DNA of 62,618 nucleotides, filler included, from Obrimoposthia wandeli (taxonomy: Eukaryota), in the NCBI GenBank assembly GCA_977020255.1. It is 2 parts of one record of this genome, joined end to end, with 100 filler letters (N's around TTAATTAATTAA, not from the genome) between each part and the next. Parts side by side here need not be neighbours in the genome. Positions count along the whole stretch, not along the records: positions 30,885 to 62,618 come from CDROCS010001659.1; 1 more part is not named here. One strand, written 5' to 3'. Numbering within the stretch: the stretch's first letter is position 1; each line of letters starts with the position of its first letter. Under the pieces are notes generated by a model. The model was not told the DNA's origin. It searched no databases and was given only the letters and a program-made list of their open reading frames with translations. Positions 46,701 to 60,686 of this stretch are shown in pieces. The translations under genes and the position numbers were made by a program.

Positions 46701-49700
46701 ATATCGAGAGATATTTGAGAGATCCACCGTTTATCGGTTGGTACATTCTGCACAAGGCCACGATAATGAATGGTACCTATGGCGGTCTGGAAGGCATTGA
46801 GTTCGATCAATTGTTGTGGAGAATTTTGAAGAAGAATCAGACGGAAATATGTGGGTCTCCCACAATAAAGGCTCAAGATGCAACATATCGCATAATCGTG
46901 TAATCAAATGAGTGCATTGTTCGTCTACTGAAGTAGACCTAAAGAATCATATGAAACATTGTGCGCTACATTGTAAACCAAAATTCCACACACAAGATGA
47001 CAATGATAAAAAGAATATGTGATCAGGCAACCTCATCGTCATCCAAAGATATTCCAAAGGAAATAACTCTAACCAACTGCTCTAGCACTGTTCTTAACTT
47101 TCATTGACTCCTTTTTTGCATATCTCAATGTGTTTCTTGTTTAAAAACGTTATTATATTGTTTTGGTATAGAAACAATCTGGTTGGTATTTAAAAGGAGT
47201 TCGTAAACATATGCACAAATATTAGTGGTGAAAGTACATTTTTCATCCTGCTCGAAGTAAATGAGATTTAATTTTTCGTTCCCGAATTGTTTGAAAATAC
47301 ATATTATCCTATCAACATATTTATTAATTTGGACTAATATTTTGGGAAGTTCTTATTCAATTAGAATACCACTAAAACAACAAATGAAACAGGGGTAGAC
47401 GTTCTCTTATTACTCTACAAATCGTGTAGTTTATATTAATTTATTGTAATTGAAAGATATAAAAGTTTGTATGTGCTAAAACTCGGCTACTAAATAAGTT
47501 TTATAAGAAATTATCAATAGTGTATATTATAAATCATAGGATATTCTGGGTGCTATAAGTTAAATTAAAAACAAAAGAAAATTTTTAAACGTTCAATCTG
47601 TTTCTCCAAAATATCCTTCGTGATTAAGTATTCGAACAGTAAACAAATACAGTACATATATTAAGGGGTACACATACAGTATGTATATAACAGGATAGGC
47701 ATCAACAGAATCAGAGAGTTAGTAAACGAGATTAATAGAAAATCAAGCAGTGTTAGTAATTCAGGCATTGTGGAAATCGAACTGTCTATTCATTATAATT
47801 CAAAAACAGTCAGAGGATACATATACACCTTCAAACAGACAACTCACGCGACTATCCTGTACAGAATGTATTGAATAATCTTTGAAGAAAATTAAATTAA
47901 TTATATTATTGATTAATTTTCTGATCTGTCTTTCGCAAACTTTATAATGCATCACATTGAACTACAGCAGGGTTCCCAACCTTTATGGTTCATTTTCTTA
48001 AATTTAACCCATAGATAAACAATGTTACCATAAACTTTTAAAACGAAGCCTCCGTAAATGTGTATTTTTATATAAGAAAGTACACATCAAATTTACTATC
48101 TGATAATGTGATTTCTGGGCCTGTTTCCTTGCACTAATTCTATCGATATTTTGTTGTGTTCATTTTTATATTACACATATAATATCGTTTTGCACTTCTA
48201 AATTATTGCGTGACTTTCTTTTATAGCTTGTGTTGCTAAAATTGCGGATTCCCACGAGTACATTGTTGAAAATGGCACTAAATTTTAAGAGCAACTGCAC
48301 TAAGAAGAGGATACATTTAATTTTTTTACCTGAAGTCTTGAAACTTTAAATCGCTGAAATCCAACTTAGCCGCATATTATTCTGAATACTTTCCATCGAC
48401 TGCGAAAAAGACTCATATTTAAAAGTTACCAATGTCATAACCCTAGAAGTAGCGTTCAAACTCTGACATTAATTTAGTAGTGTGGGTAGAAATCTTGAAA
48501 TCAATATCGTATATTCTTAATCAAACATTCATGACGACCAAAAGATATTCAAGTATTGCAAATATTCCAAAGCTGTAACTTTTGAGTAAAAGCTTTAATA
48601 TGATTCACGTGTTTGATAATTTGACTATCTTTGTCCTGAAGTTTCTGTTCAATTCATTAAGATATTTAAACGAATCTTCCAAATAGGCAAGAGACATCAT
48701 GAAATTTTTGCAATTTATTATGGTCATGTGAGGATATTTTGATTTCATCTGTCATTGGTATCACATATGATAGGGTATAAAATAATGAATAATCGTAAGT
48801 TTTCTCTAACTTATATAGAAGCTCAGCAATTAAATTTTATCAGGCTAGATCATATTTTTAATTCTACATTTACTATATTTCCCCCAAGGGGAAGAGGATT
48901 TTTATTGGTTGGGAACCCCGAACTACAGCTTCCATATATTACCGTGGAAAGTTATAAATATTTAGTACTAATATAAAGTTATTCGATTATATTTATTTCA
49001 CTAAAATCATTTAAGATTATTCAAATTTCATTTTTTAAATAATCCGAACTCATAATTAGATAGGAAATTAAAAACAAGTGGCACTTGGTAATTCCGGGAT
49101 ATTTTATTTAAATTTTTTAAAATTATTAATGACCAATTTTGATGATTATTGGATCATTTTAAAAATGAAATATTATTATTTTAAAACATTTTCCATTTCT
49201 TTATATTTATGATTGAAATAACAAAATAAGTTTTGCCAAAAATTTAAAGACAACTATTTTACCCTTTCTGTTAACTTTTTTATGTCCAATTACCATTACA
49301 TCTTTAAAAAACAATCTTTGTTTTCTTTAAAGAAAGAAAATAGAATTTAGAATAATTAAATCAATCAATTAATATTTTAATCAATACTATATAGCATATT
49401 ATTTTTGTATTATTTTTTACAAGTTAAACTAATAAGCATAATTTCAAATTTTTGGAGGTACATAAATCATCAAAATTGGTTCATGAATAACTGAATTAAA
49501 AGCGTTTTTATTATAATATAGTAATTATGATGCATAACAAAATTTCCTTTGACAAAACCCGTACAATAATGTGGTATGTTGGAAGGCCTGTCATTCTTGT
49601 CTGAATCAAATGACAGTAGATGTTCGATATCTCCAAACACATATCCCAGGCGGACTGAAAGGCCTTGTAACGTACTTCAATGCTACAAATGTGTCGGGAA

Positions 49701-52700
49701 AATTTCACAAGCGTCAACTACACAATTGACAAAAGGATTATTGTTACGAAATATTCCTTCTTGCATTCATTCCAACTCTTACTGACAGTGATCGCATAAA
49801 CAACTGATATATGGCGTTGTTGGTCACAACCATACAAGCATTAGTACAGCAGGGGAGATTTTGTCGAAGGGGGTTTTGTCGGTCCTCTGTAGTATGCCAT
49901 ATGTACAAAACAGAAACTTTTTTACACCAAAATATTAATATTTTAATAAAGCTCAAAATTTTACAATAGGGAAAATACGGTTATGATTAGGGTACCATGT
50001 AAAATAATCCCCCTGTTCGTGATTGTTGCTAATTGCTGTGTCGGGAGGAATCATTATTAGTAAATCTGGTATGGAAGCTGTAAGAGTGCGACTATTCTAG
50101 TTTGAGCTCTCATAACATTCAACACACCACTCCATAGACCATCAATAGATAATCATTTCACAAGCAAAATCCAACCTGAATTTTGTAACGGACTCTTTTA
50201 TAGGTCCTATTTCTTTTCTGAAAATTTAAGAAAAACCTTAATACATAATGCCATGTGTATTGTCCAAAAGTTAATTACCCTATTTTGTGACTAAAATATT
50301 GTGAATATTTAGTTAAAAGCAAAATTTTACAAACATGCTAAACGAAAGTGCATATATAGATAACAATCTTTTATTTATTTAAACTTACCGTAGTAAAATT
50401 TTTTATTCAATATTTTCAAACATCATTTTGATTAGATAGTCTAGAGACACTCATCCGCAATGAAATAATAAAATCAAAAAATACTACAGATAATATTTAG
50501 ATTAAAATTTAGCTCCATAAGGACTATTATAAGCAAAAAATAGTTTACATGATCTTTTGATATTTAATTAATATTAAGTAAATAAGCGGTTTACATGTTT
50601 AAATTATTTTTTTATTCTACAAGGGATAAATTATGACTTGTTGCATATGTGTAACATTCTACCTGTTTATAAATTTTTAATACAAATATTCCAAAAGAAG
50701 CTTTATATTTCTAAATTTATTCATGAGTATCAAAATAACAATTCAGGCGAGAGTTGAGACAAAAGTATAAGGAGCACATGAAAGGAACACATCAGAAAAG
50801 AATTCATGTTTATACACTTAGAGCATCGTTTGACATGAGAGATTGCTTTGACTTATATGAAACACATGCGAAATTTAACATCATATTATATATAACAAAA
50901 ATGTGATTAGATGTTAATATCAAACGACAATTAAAGTGGAAACTTTCTAGGAATATCTTTTTGTTCATGTTACACATTTGTAAAGTCCAAGAAGACCTTA
51001 AGAGGTTAATTTGTTATATATTGTAATAAAAAGTTTCTTCAATATAATGAGTTATAGTTTGTGTACAGGTTTATTTGTTTTACGAATCTTTTATTTTTAG
51101 TTACTGTACTGCTCCAATTAAATAGAAAATCACTTTTACTTCTTAAAGACCGTAGAATGGTTTATTTCTCGGTGAGCTAATTTAATTTAAATTTCTCAGA
51201 GGGATTGACAAAAAAGTTCTAATTTCATATATATAATAGTAGTATAAAGTATAATTTCTGGTGGACCTATTTGACTTACATAAATGCTTGTTGATAATGA
51301 CATTTTTGGAATTTTGAGGTGTTAATGTACATAACAGTAGTTTTAAATGTAGATGTCTCAAAATTAGAGCTGAAAATTGTAGAAAATTAAAGATAGAGCC
51401 CTCACATTCTTACATATCTGTATCATAGTCAGTGAAACTACTACTACTACAGTAACATACTACTTCCATACGACGATTTCACGTCATCTTCAATTTCAAA
51501 GTCATATGTTTGCTTGTTTTGTTCTAACTCCTACAAATAAACTCCAAGTTGGCAGAATAAATAACACTATCTTTGTTTCCCCTAACTTCCCTGTTTTTGT
51601 GTGATTTTCTTTCTAAGCACCCACTACGAGCTCACTCATCATAACATTCCCAGTCATGCAATAAAATTTTCTCTTTAAAGCACTTAAATGCTAAAAGTAG
51701 ATTGCTCGCTAGAGCACACATCGATAACCATAGAAAACAACCAGACTATCACCATATAAAATTGATCGGAGAAGCGTTTCATAGAACAACTACTGAAATT
51801 TCAAAAAATTAATGTTAAATAATAAAGTGAATGTTAATTTTGCCAAATGTGACGAGAGGTGTTCATTAATGCAAATTAATACCATATTAGGCTCGGAAGA
51901 AAACGGCCTTGGGTTATTCAATAGCATATATGACTGTGATGAGGAAAAAGAGTTGGTAAGTTACGGAACATTATTTCAACTTGTTAAAAACTGTTCATCG
52001 AATTATTTTCCTAAACGACTTCAAAAGTTAGAATTTTAAATACTTTTAATTCATTACAAAATTGAGTTTATTATTTTCATTATTGGAATTATTGCATATA
52101 TATTTAATTATAAGTGGAATTGTTTAATCTTTTAAAATATAAACAACTTATTTTACTAAAACCTTGGTTTGTGTTTTAGAAATAACTGATATTTTCAATG
52201 GAAATGTAAAATTATATAAGCAATTAAATACATTTTAGAAAACATTCAATTAATATTATATATTACTCTATTAACAATTTTGATTCGATAAACTATTTCA
52301 GGGTTTTTGCATAAATTTAAAATTTATTTCACACGAAATTATTGATGACATGGATGCAGAAAGTGAAATCTCGAAATGTTATAAATGCTATTTTAACAAA
52401 TATTGCGAAAAAAATTACATAAAGCCAATGAAAATTTGAATAATAATTTAAGGAAACGTGGAAGACATTATAAAATACATGAAAAAGATGGACTGCTAAT
52501 GCTTTTGACATACTTTAATTATAATATCAGGCTTGCCTAATTATTCTTAGACTTCCATATTAAATAAGCAGTTGTCGAAATATATTATTCAAATCAGCTA
52601 AGGATATTAGAGAAACTTTAGTTGAACATATATTTCTCTGGTGATAAAAAACCAATTGCAATGAGGTACTCTTTTAAGTGAATATACAGAAGTAATTTTA

Positions 52701-55700
52701 ATAGTAGACACAACTATTTTTTAAATACAACGGCTAATAGGTATATTTAAACATGTAAAATATTTTTGACCAGGGAAGCACAGTTGATATTGTTTAAAGA
52801 GAAAATTAACGGTACAACACGATGGTACTTGTACTTTCTTTTAAAAGTTCATCATGACGATGTGCATTTTAGAGAAACTTGAGGAAAATATGTAGCTTGC
52901 ATTACAAAATATGTTGATGAAGTTAACAGTTTAAATTACATTCATATACATTGGTCTATCCTAGCTGATAAAGGTTTTTTCAATAAAATTATATTTCGAA
53001 CCAATTTTTCTTATTTTTTCTTCATTAGATCTTCGATATTTTCTTATTAAAATCATTTCATTTAAATTCCAGAGGCTTTTGTTTCTCTAATTTAAATATT
53101 TCTAAATGTTGTTTCAACACACAAAGTATTTTGGTCACAAAATCTCTCAGAAAATCTCCGTATTCTGTAGAAACCGCTTAACATGCCCGCTAGCATTAGG
53201 TGTCATCTGAGTTGAGATTATGCAACCCAGAATGGGATTATGTAACCTAGATACAGGCTCAGCTTATGATAAATGTCATGAAAATTCCGCAGAAAATTGC
53301 TGTTTTTCAACTATTATTTAATTGATACTTATTTAAACTAATAAAATATGTCACTAGTGGATTTTTTGTCATGACATATTTTAGACAACCATTTCCAACT
53401 GAAAAATAACAATTTTCTAATATTTATGCTACAAAATAATGTATTTTGCAAACAAACTATGTAACTAGTTATATTTATCAAACGCCGTACTGAAAAGATC
53501 GCGCATTATTCGAATGCGTATTCAAACACCATGGAATTACAACTTAAGTTATACATAAATGTAGTACTTATACATAAAAGTAGATTTTTCAAAGTTTACA
53601 GAAATGTTGCAACTCTAATTTTAATCTGAAGTTTCAATTGATTGGCTATGTGTCATATTCTTTCACAGGATAATTGTAACATTTATTTGAGTGGGAATTT
53701 CATCGAAAACGACTTTTTACCACTTTATAAATGGCAATTTGGTAATCTCTCTTTTACATCAATTAGCTTAGTGTAGACTACAACCGATAACAATTTGGAG
53801 GTACTCGGTTCAAATTCAAAGATAAGGTTATAAATATCGCTAAAAGTAACAACTATGGCAATAACTAAACAACACAAATACATGAACCGATAGTGGCTGT
53901 GTCCATAAGTCATTTCCCACTCACTGTAGCCTCCTCTGGTGTGTACTGGGTTGCCTTATACGGCTGGGGAAGAGTACCCAGTGGCGTGGCGTCCTTCTCG
54001 TAGTTGTACATATCGCGAGGATTAACTTTGGCAGTAAGGTCGGGCTTGGCGCCACCCAACACAGAAACCGACTGGCCGGGCTTATATCCAGCAGGTGCCT
54101 CAAAATCCAGCAGATACTGACATACGTGTGTAAAGGTGTCACCTTCAGATGGTTCGTTGGCGTAAATCTCCATTCCGTACTCACCTAGATTCAATGAAAA
54201 TGGTTCATATTTAATTAGTAATAAAATCACCTAGTATATAAATAGTGTTTAATTATTTATATTTAAATTAAAATCAGATGATATTAGTAAATTATAACTT
54301 AATTAAAATCTGTTTATAAAATAAATTATTATCATTTTTGAGAATAAAAATGTATCCAATTTCATCTAATTATATAGTGTAATATTTGTCATAAATTCAA
54401 TTAAATATAATAAACCTTATGAAGTGTAAAAGCATTAAAAAAAAATTATTTTAATCTCATTGTTAAACAAAATTTTAAGAAATCAAAGGCCTTTCTTGTA
54501 AAAAATATTAATATCAACTATATTTTCAAACCAATAAGAAACCTAAACCTCTTTAGATAACCTAATAAGAATATGAATACCGTTTAAATGTAACTAATAC
54601 AAGCCTACTGACACCTACTAAAGCATTTATATAAAACCAACATCAGTTTCATCGAGCATTTTTTTTAAATCACTAATCTGATGGTGTTTCTGGCAGAGTT
54701 TGTTTTTTATTGTTTGCTCAATTGAGGTCGATGGGCATGGATAATTTAATATTATAAGATAAATCTAAAACGAAACCGAAATTGATAATTTTCTAGACAA
54801 GTTGTAGCAATGTAAAAGTGCTCATTAATGACATCAATCTTTGTGATGATTAACAAATTGAAATGCAGTTTTATAAACTTATTTCCTTTTCTTGTAGGTT
54901 TTGATCTACAGCAAATAATACTAAAATTGAAAAGTCAGAAAATTAAAATGAAATCCATATCAGATCCGTAATATCAGAAAGTATATCGAATATAATAACC
55001 TATATATTGATTTCATTCTAAATATCTTTGATTTTTCAAATTTGTATTCATCGTGATATCGTTGTCTGAAAGAAGATATTTATGTGGAAATACACGATCG
55101 ATGTGTAAACAACATTTAAGACGGTTGTTACCAAAATTGAACTGTTTCTGATAACCAAAGATTTGCACACTCGAATTGAGGAATTATGACACTAAATACA
55201 GCACACAATGTAAACAAACATAAGTGTGTGACTTTGATGAGTATTTTTTGGAAATTAGCTTTGACAACTTCAATTTGTTAGTTCAAATCGACATTTAAGC
55301 ACAGTATAGAGTGTTGATTGAAAATTAGAAACGTCGATATTTATCTGTAAATAAAATTTGTTATTTCTGATCATTGAAGATGCGGCTTCTGAAATATATT
55401 TTAATAACCGGCATTTTACTTTAATATTTAAAATAATGTTAAGTACAATAACATATATTGATGTTAAGCCATAATCATTAGTTGTAAAATAATTAATATA
55501 TTACAAGCACTAGAAAACGATTTGTGTTTAATTTTCGACAACAATTTAAAAATAAAATTGAGAATGTTTATATTTTTCTAAATAGCATATTCAAAGTTTT
55601 AACTTCAAAATCCAAATTGATTTTATTAGGATTTTAATATTATTATAAGACTGAGAAAATAATAATCTTTGGGAAACCTTTCCAAATTTTTACTATCGAA

Positions 55701-58700
55701 AAGATTGACGAAATTTAAATAAATGAATTAGTTCACTCTGAGGAGTTAACTAGATTTCAGAGGTAAAAGAAAGGTGACAATGCTCCGGAGGTAGTAATCG
55801 GCTAACTAAGTAGACAAGTTCTTTCTAATCAGAACCACTTAAGGAATCACATTTCAAGATTTTGTCTTTTTTCATCTAAGGTGCGGTTTATAGCGCAATA
55901 TAAGAGTAAAAATTGAAAAAAAATATTTATAAATTTTATGAGAAAATAATCAAAATTAATTTATTTTACGTTTCTCCTGTTACGATGTATATTTTGCAGC
56001 ATATTTACTCATAAAACCTGATTTAACTGAGTCAAAAATTTCACCTAACATACGATACTATGAACCTTCAATGAGTCAAAAACATATTCAGGGACGTATA
56101 TTTTGCCTTATACGTACCTTTTGCCAGTCTGTTATCAATCCAGAATCAACAAAAATATCCCCTAATAGACGTCAGTCTACATCTATCCAGCATATAATAG
56201 AGTTGCATTTTCACTCAAAATGGAAGTAATTTCATCTAATAAAACAGCATTGAACATCGTCGTATTTACTATAATAAATCGATGGAATTGTACACTATTG
56301 AAATTAAAATTTATTTTTTAACTATTACACTAAACGTTATAATATATATTTACATACATTTTAGGTTTATTTATGTTGTTACTTACCACAATGGAAAATA
56401 TATAAATATCGTTTATGTTAATTTTTTCCGGGAGTTTGTCGGTCCTCTAGCTACGTACCAGGCTCTGGGAGGTCGATCTTGAAGACAGTGCGATCAGGGG
56501 TCTCCTTAAAGTCGATAAACTGATCGAGCACGTCTTCGTCCTCGAGGCCATTTTTACGCAATTTGCACATGAGGCTTACATCACCCTGTTGACGCTCAAA
56601 CGGCACCTCGAGGTGGGCACTTGGTGCTCTGCCGCAGTTAGGAGTCCAACCGGCATGTGGGTTCATGGCCAGTGTGATGAGTCCATCCTCCTGTTGAGGC
56701 ACAAGACCGTATTGGCCCATAAGGCTCCAGGATGGACCCCAGTTACAGTCGTGACAGGTCATCGGATACGGCGTGTGGTTGGCCGCTGCGCAGTCCGCCT
56801 CAATCCGGTACTCGCAGGCCGCCCGGTAAACGTTCTCGTGTTGCGTCTCCCCCGCACTGCCACTCTTGGTCATATCCGTCAGCTCCTATAACAGCCAGAC
56901 TCGTCTAGTAACAACTGACTACTCATAATCAACAGTAACAAATCCTAAGCTAACTGGCTACTCAGTTGTCAGAAAACATTAAAGCATATCAAACAGCCAA
57001 CCTGAGCGAATATGGTCAGATAGAAGACCCCAGGAAACGGGAATCGAAAGTAGAAGTTGATGTGATTGTTGGCAGTCTCCTGGAGTACAAAGTGTCGCAG
57101 TGGGATGCCCTTGAATTGATCAACATTGTCAGCAGTCTGAAGCTTATAGGTAAAGCTATCAGGCTTCCAGAAGCCAAGACTCATCTTGAGGTTGCCGTCA
57201 CGTGACTGGACCACCCCGTGCTGCTGCTGCTGGAAGTCCATGCCACACTTGAAGAACTGTGACTTTGTCAGCGGCAGGTGCACAAACTGATTCACCGTCA
57301 ATGGTCTCTCCAGTAACTGCCAAGCACTGTCTTGTGGGAAGTGGCTATACACTGCCTGCACAACGACCACAGTCAGTTTTTCAGTTGCTACGCTATTAAG
57401 CAAAACACGAGTTATTCTTATGAGAAGACATTCATTTGAGTCATGAAACACTTGAATGTTAAATGAACTTGTTCTATTAATAATAGCTCTTTTCAAAAAA
57501 TCATTCATTACATTTATTTGGGAATGGGAAACTGTTAAGAAAATAGTCAGTTTACCAGAAAAAAATATAAATTGAATTACAGTCAAAAGGTTGAAGGCTA
57601 AAAGTCGTAAAAAATTAAAATATATGAAATGAAACTTTCTGATTCCCATTTCCAATTGATATAAAATTAGTTTATATTGTCAATGTATTTACTGTTTGAA
57701 CTTCATTGAAGCATATTGATAGTAGTATAGTTACAATCACAAAGCAATCGATTGTTGCAATACCTGTTTTCACATAAGTGCGTACTCAGCACCCGTGCTA
57801 TTAAAGTGGTGTCATTGAATTGATAGCTTTCATTTATTCAATAAAGTGAATCATCGTAATATCGGCAGATGACAAATGTGCTTTGTGGGAGTGTACTGAT
57901 TTTAGTCGCGAAAATGCAGTTCCAGGCTGAGGAACAGATTGGGCCTGGTAGAGCGACTTTTGATCGAAACTCACCAATTTCGGCCTCGCTTATGCTCATA
58001 AAACACAGCTTTTCCATTAATGGTGTCAAGCAATTCAATGAAAACGTATCTCAATTTAATTTTTGTACATGCTTGAAGGTCGATGAGGATTCAAGCATTC
58101 AATAAAAGAGTTGATGGTTTAAGACACTTGCAAACCCCTGTATTATACAAAACAAGAAACAGATTAAATCAGGAGAAGTCCATCGATGTGCTTTTTGTTC
58201 TATTGCAGTCCTGCCCTCAATTTCTGCACGTTTTCCCTGTTCAACATTCTCAGAGATTCTTTAAACTTATTGCACTGTAGTAATAAAATAATAATTGAAG
58301 TTTTGACTTTTGTTTGAACACCAGTAGTAAAGTATCTAGCATGTTAACAGTTCATTGGATGCAAATATGAAGAATAAATGAAGTATTGATTATTTCTTTT
58401 CAATTTATATTATCTTGTTTTGATAACAAAACTGATAAGATAACAAAAATTCATACAGCACCGGAATCTATTGTAGCTTGAACTAGATATCACAGGAGCT
58501 CTTCATAATGCTTCTTAGGTGGGGAAGTCTTCGACAGTCTTTTAGCATACACCCAAACAGACACATCCTATTGTATAGTCTTGATACAATTTAGATTTAT
58601 TCAAGGTACAATTATGTAAAATCAACTTTAATGAAGGAGAAATCTTCAATCACTCTTAATTACGCACCTGCTGTGGTTCCATGATGAAGTAGAAATCATC

Positions 58701-60686
58701 ATACTGGTAAACGATGGAGTCCTTGGCATTCTTGCTCGAAGTAAGATATCTTGTTGCCCAATGAGCATCAATTAGTTGCCAGGAACCTTGAAGAAATATG
58801 ACATTCCACGTGTGATTGTAATTTCCCGGCTTGAACTCATCGCCCGGTCGATAGTCGACTCCCTTGGCATAACCGGTGATGGTCAGACATTGTAGACCTG
58901 CGTAACTGCACATGACTTCATAGGCACTCGCGTATGAACCCTGTACAAACAGGGGAGGTGCTAATTAATATAAATCAATATCTAAATCCAATGTAGACTC
59001 ATTAAAAATAATATTTCCAGACTCGAATAAATATAAAATATGCAATTTTATTGTTTTTATGTACATTAATTTGAGCTGTTACTTGTGATATAAATGAAAA
59101 TGTAATGATAATTTTAAAATCATAATTCATGCTAACAGTTAAATTCAGATTCGATGGAGATATAGGACGCAAAGTTGTAGGTAAAAGAAGAGTTTAGGAG
59201 TTGCGACATGGCTTGAAAATTCAAGGTAAGAAATTCAAAAAACTGTCCTATTTTTTATGGCTGACATTCAATAGATTTTGACAATAAGCATTATAATTAT
59301 TATAATTATTTCTTTGTTGTAAGTATAAATGATTTTGGCAAGGTCGTGTTGCTAAATTAGGCCATGGTGGATATCTGACGTTCAAAATAATAACTTGATG
59401 TTGCATTGATAAAATAAATTTTGATTTTATACATTACTTTGACACGATTTGAGGAGAACTAAAGGATAAGAATTTTTAGAAACTTTGAAAAATTTCGAGT
59501 GTATGTCACCGCGACCACAACTCGCAATTACATCACTCATGTACATTTAATTATGGCAAAAGCACAGCTACGATATCTAATATATCCAATCTCACTTGTG
59601 GTTGTGGTGGTATGAAAAAAAGAGATTCGAAATTTGTCGAATGTGTCTAATTTTGGGTTGACTACAGATTTGAAGACGTATATTTTTGGAAGAAAGAGAG
59701 TGAGAGTGGACATTGATATGTCATTTTGTAGCTGTACGTTTTCCATAGCTAAATATGTATGAGTGGTGTTATAACATTTTATTTGTGTTGTATAATAGGA
59801 TTTGTAATTTTCTTTGTGGATCACCCTTTGAGGTACAATTTTGTTTCTATTTCGAATATTTTCACATTTATTTTATAACAATTAGCTAACCCGATTTTAG
59901 CTCTACAGATACATGGTGTTCTATTTTTTCTGGTGTACTCAATTAATAAATAATAAAATTTTCATTTTGGATGATTCAGTGAGTGTGAACATGGACGTAA
60001 AATATGACTTATTTTGAGTCAAAACCGTATTCTGTTTTGGTCCTGTTAGAGACAATTGTTTTTAAATTATACAATTGATGTTGAACCAAAAGAACTCATT
60101 TCGGAAACTTAAACGTAAAAGAAGAAGATCTCCAAGATCATTCATATCGACGATTACTTTTAGAAGAGAATAGAGAGATGATAATAAAAAACTCAGTTTA
60201 AATAGATCATGCAATTTTCATTCTAGGTGCAAGGATAAACCCTTGATGGTACTTTATTTGCTTCAATGCTACCCTAGCTATAGACAGAACGTACCTGCAG
60301 ATTCTTGAGCGAAAGGAGCACCTCCTCTGGACTTCCAGGCGGACTCGACTGGAACTGTAGATTTTTCATATCGCACGCTGTCATCCAGCGAAAAATGACC
60401 CGAGCCTTCTCCAGATCCGACAACTTGTACCGGTAAACCAAATCCCACAAAAGATCACGAAATACGGGATACGTACTTTGCGACACCTGAAATGCGTTAG
60501 TATAAGTTGTTCCGCTGACAGTAAAATATTTACTCTAATGGCATGAGAATCCACTTTCTCGAACACCAATGGATCATCATAAACTTGATGTTTTAAGTAG
60601 GTTGACGGTGCCGGTGGTGAGTGTTTAGAGTTGTCTACAAAATCTGGCAAATTAAAACTTGGTGGAGCTAACATTTTATTAAACTC
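35881..60686 (-). CDS. Hillarin / kyphoscoliosis-peptidase-like transglutaminase-fold host gene, multi-exon, both ends not resolved
   Basis: Phase-consistent GT-AG exons ~60686-60534, 60486-60295, 58940-58668, 57355-57002, 56885-56459, 54184-53925, 45582-44569, 36715-36625 and 36111-35881. Motifs LEKARVIFRWMT, CSYAGLQCLTITGYAKG, HTWNVIFLQGSWQLIDAHW, YDDFYFIMEPQQ, HFPQDSAWQLL. Linkage of the last three exons rests on strand and phase only. Confidence 0.85.
37400..37570 (-). pseudogene. Possible Penelope-like reverse transcriptase C-terminal fragment
   Basis: KMEQLENYPKQLFKENGH resembles the E...L...F..NGY thumb segment; short and degenerate. Confidence 0.3.
39895..40351. mobile_element. LTR/pseudo-LTR-like retroelement remnant carrying the hammerhead
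   Basis: GC-rich island in an AT-rich intron, bounded by TGTT...AACA, with a GT tract, TATA-like box and hammerhead; no clear TSD. Confidence 0.5.
40302..40343 (+). ncRNA. Minimal type I hammerhead ribozyme (Penelope-type, palindromic stem III)
   Basis: Stem I TTAGTA/TACTAA; CTGATGA (40308-40314); stem II GACC-CAAAA-GGTT; GAAA; ACTAGT palindrome; GTC cleavage triplet after 40337. Confidence 0.75.
40698..40731. repeat. (TA)n microsatellite
   Basis: Uninterrupted TA dinucleotide run. Confidence 0.95.
41957..42470 (-). pseudogene. Mutator/MULE transposase remnant with internal deletion
   Basis: YDNGPDAEERVIVF...DTW joined to PSVVIVDFGRGIEYALQSVF...CFYHLTQSLWRKIQ (MULE D...CxxH motif). Confidence 0.8.
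43200..43537 (+). pseudogene. pogo/Tigger-like transposase C-terminal fragment
   Basis: LCDQIVKAWNSLSTEIVQKLFVCCG resembles the post-catalytic W...I..(S)F..CG segment. Confidence 0.6.
43765..44215. mobile_element. GC-rich retroelement/LTR-like remnant related to 39895-40351
   Basis: Shares the translated motif QPYLAxxExGGSPxL on the minus strand; contains a GT tract. Confidence 0.45.
44693..45345 (-). repeat. Coding tandem repeat, 129-bp (43-aa) unit, ~5 near-identical copies
   Basis: GGRVLQPGDPGYSSSSQGPNFNRPGDKHDPNYNSNNQFGGGNS; the period measured from 44711, 44840 and 44969 is 129 bp. Confidence 0.95.

Noticed and set aside
46586-46903. 105-aa ORF in an intron
   Set aside because: No family motif recognised; probably transposon debris but it cannot be assigned.
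49550-50200. LINE reverse-transcriptase remnant
   Set aside because: Only faint similarity across broken frames; not supportable.
54600-54625. CCTACT as the missing right end of the outer Polinton
   Set aside because: The match is only 6-7 nt, with no GTGGATTAGAC box and no TGTATT TSD.
56589-57205. Plus-strand ORFs 56589-56891 and 56966-57205
   Set aside because: Antisense shadows of hillarin-like exons.
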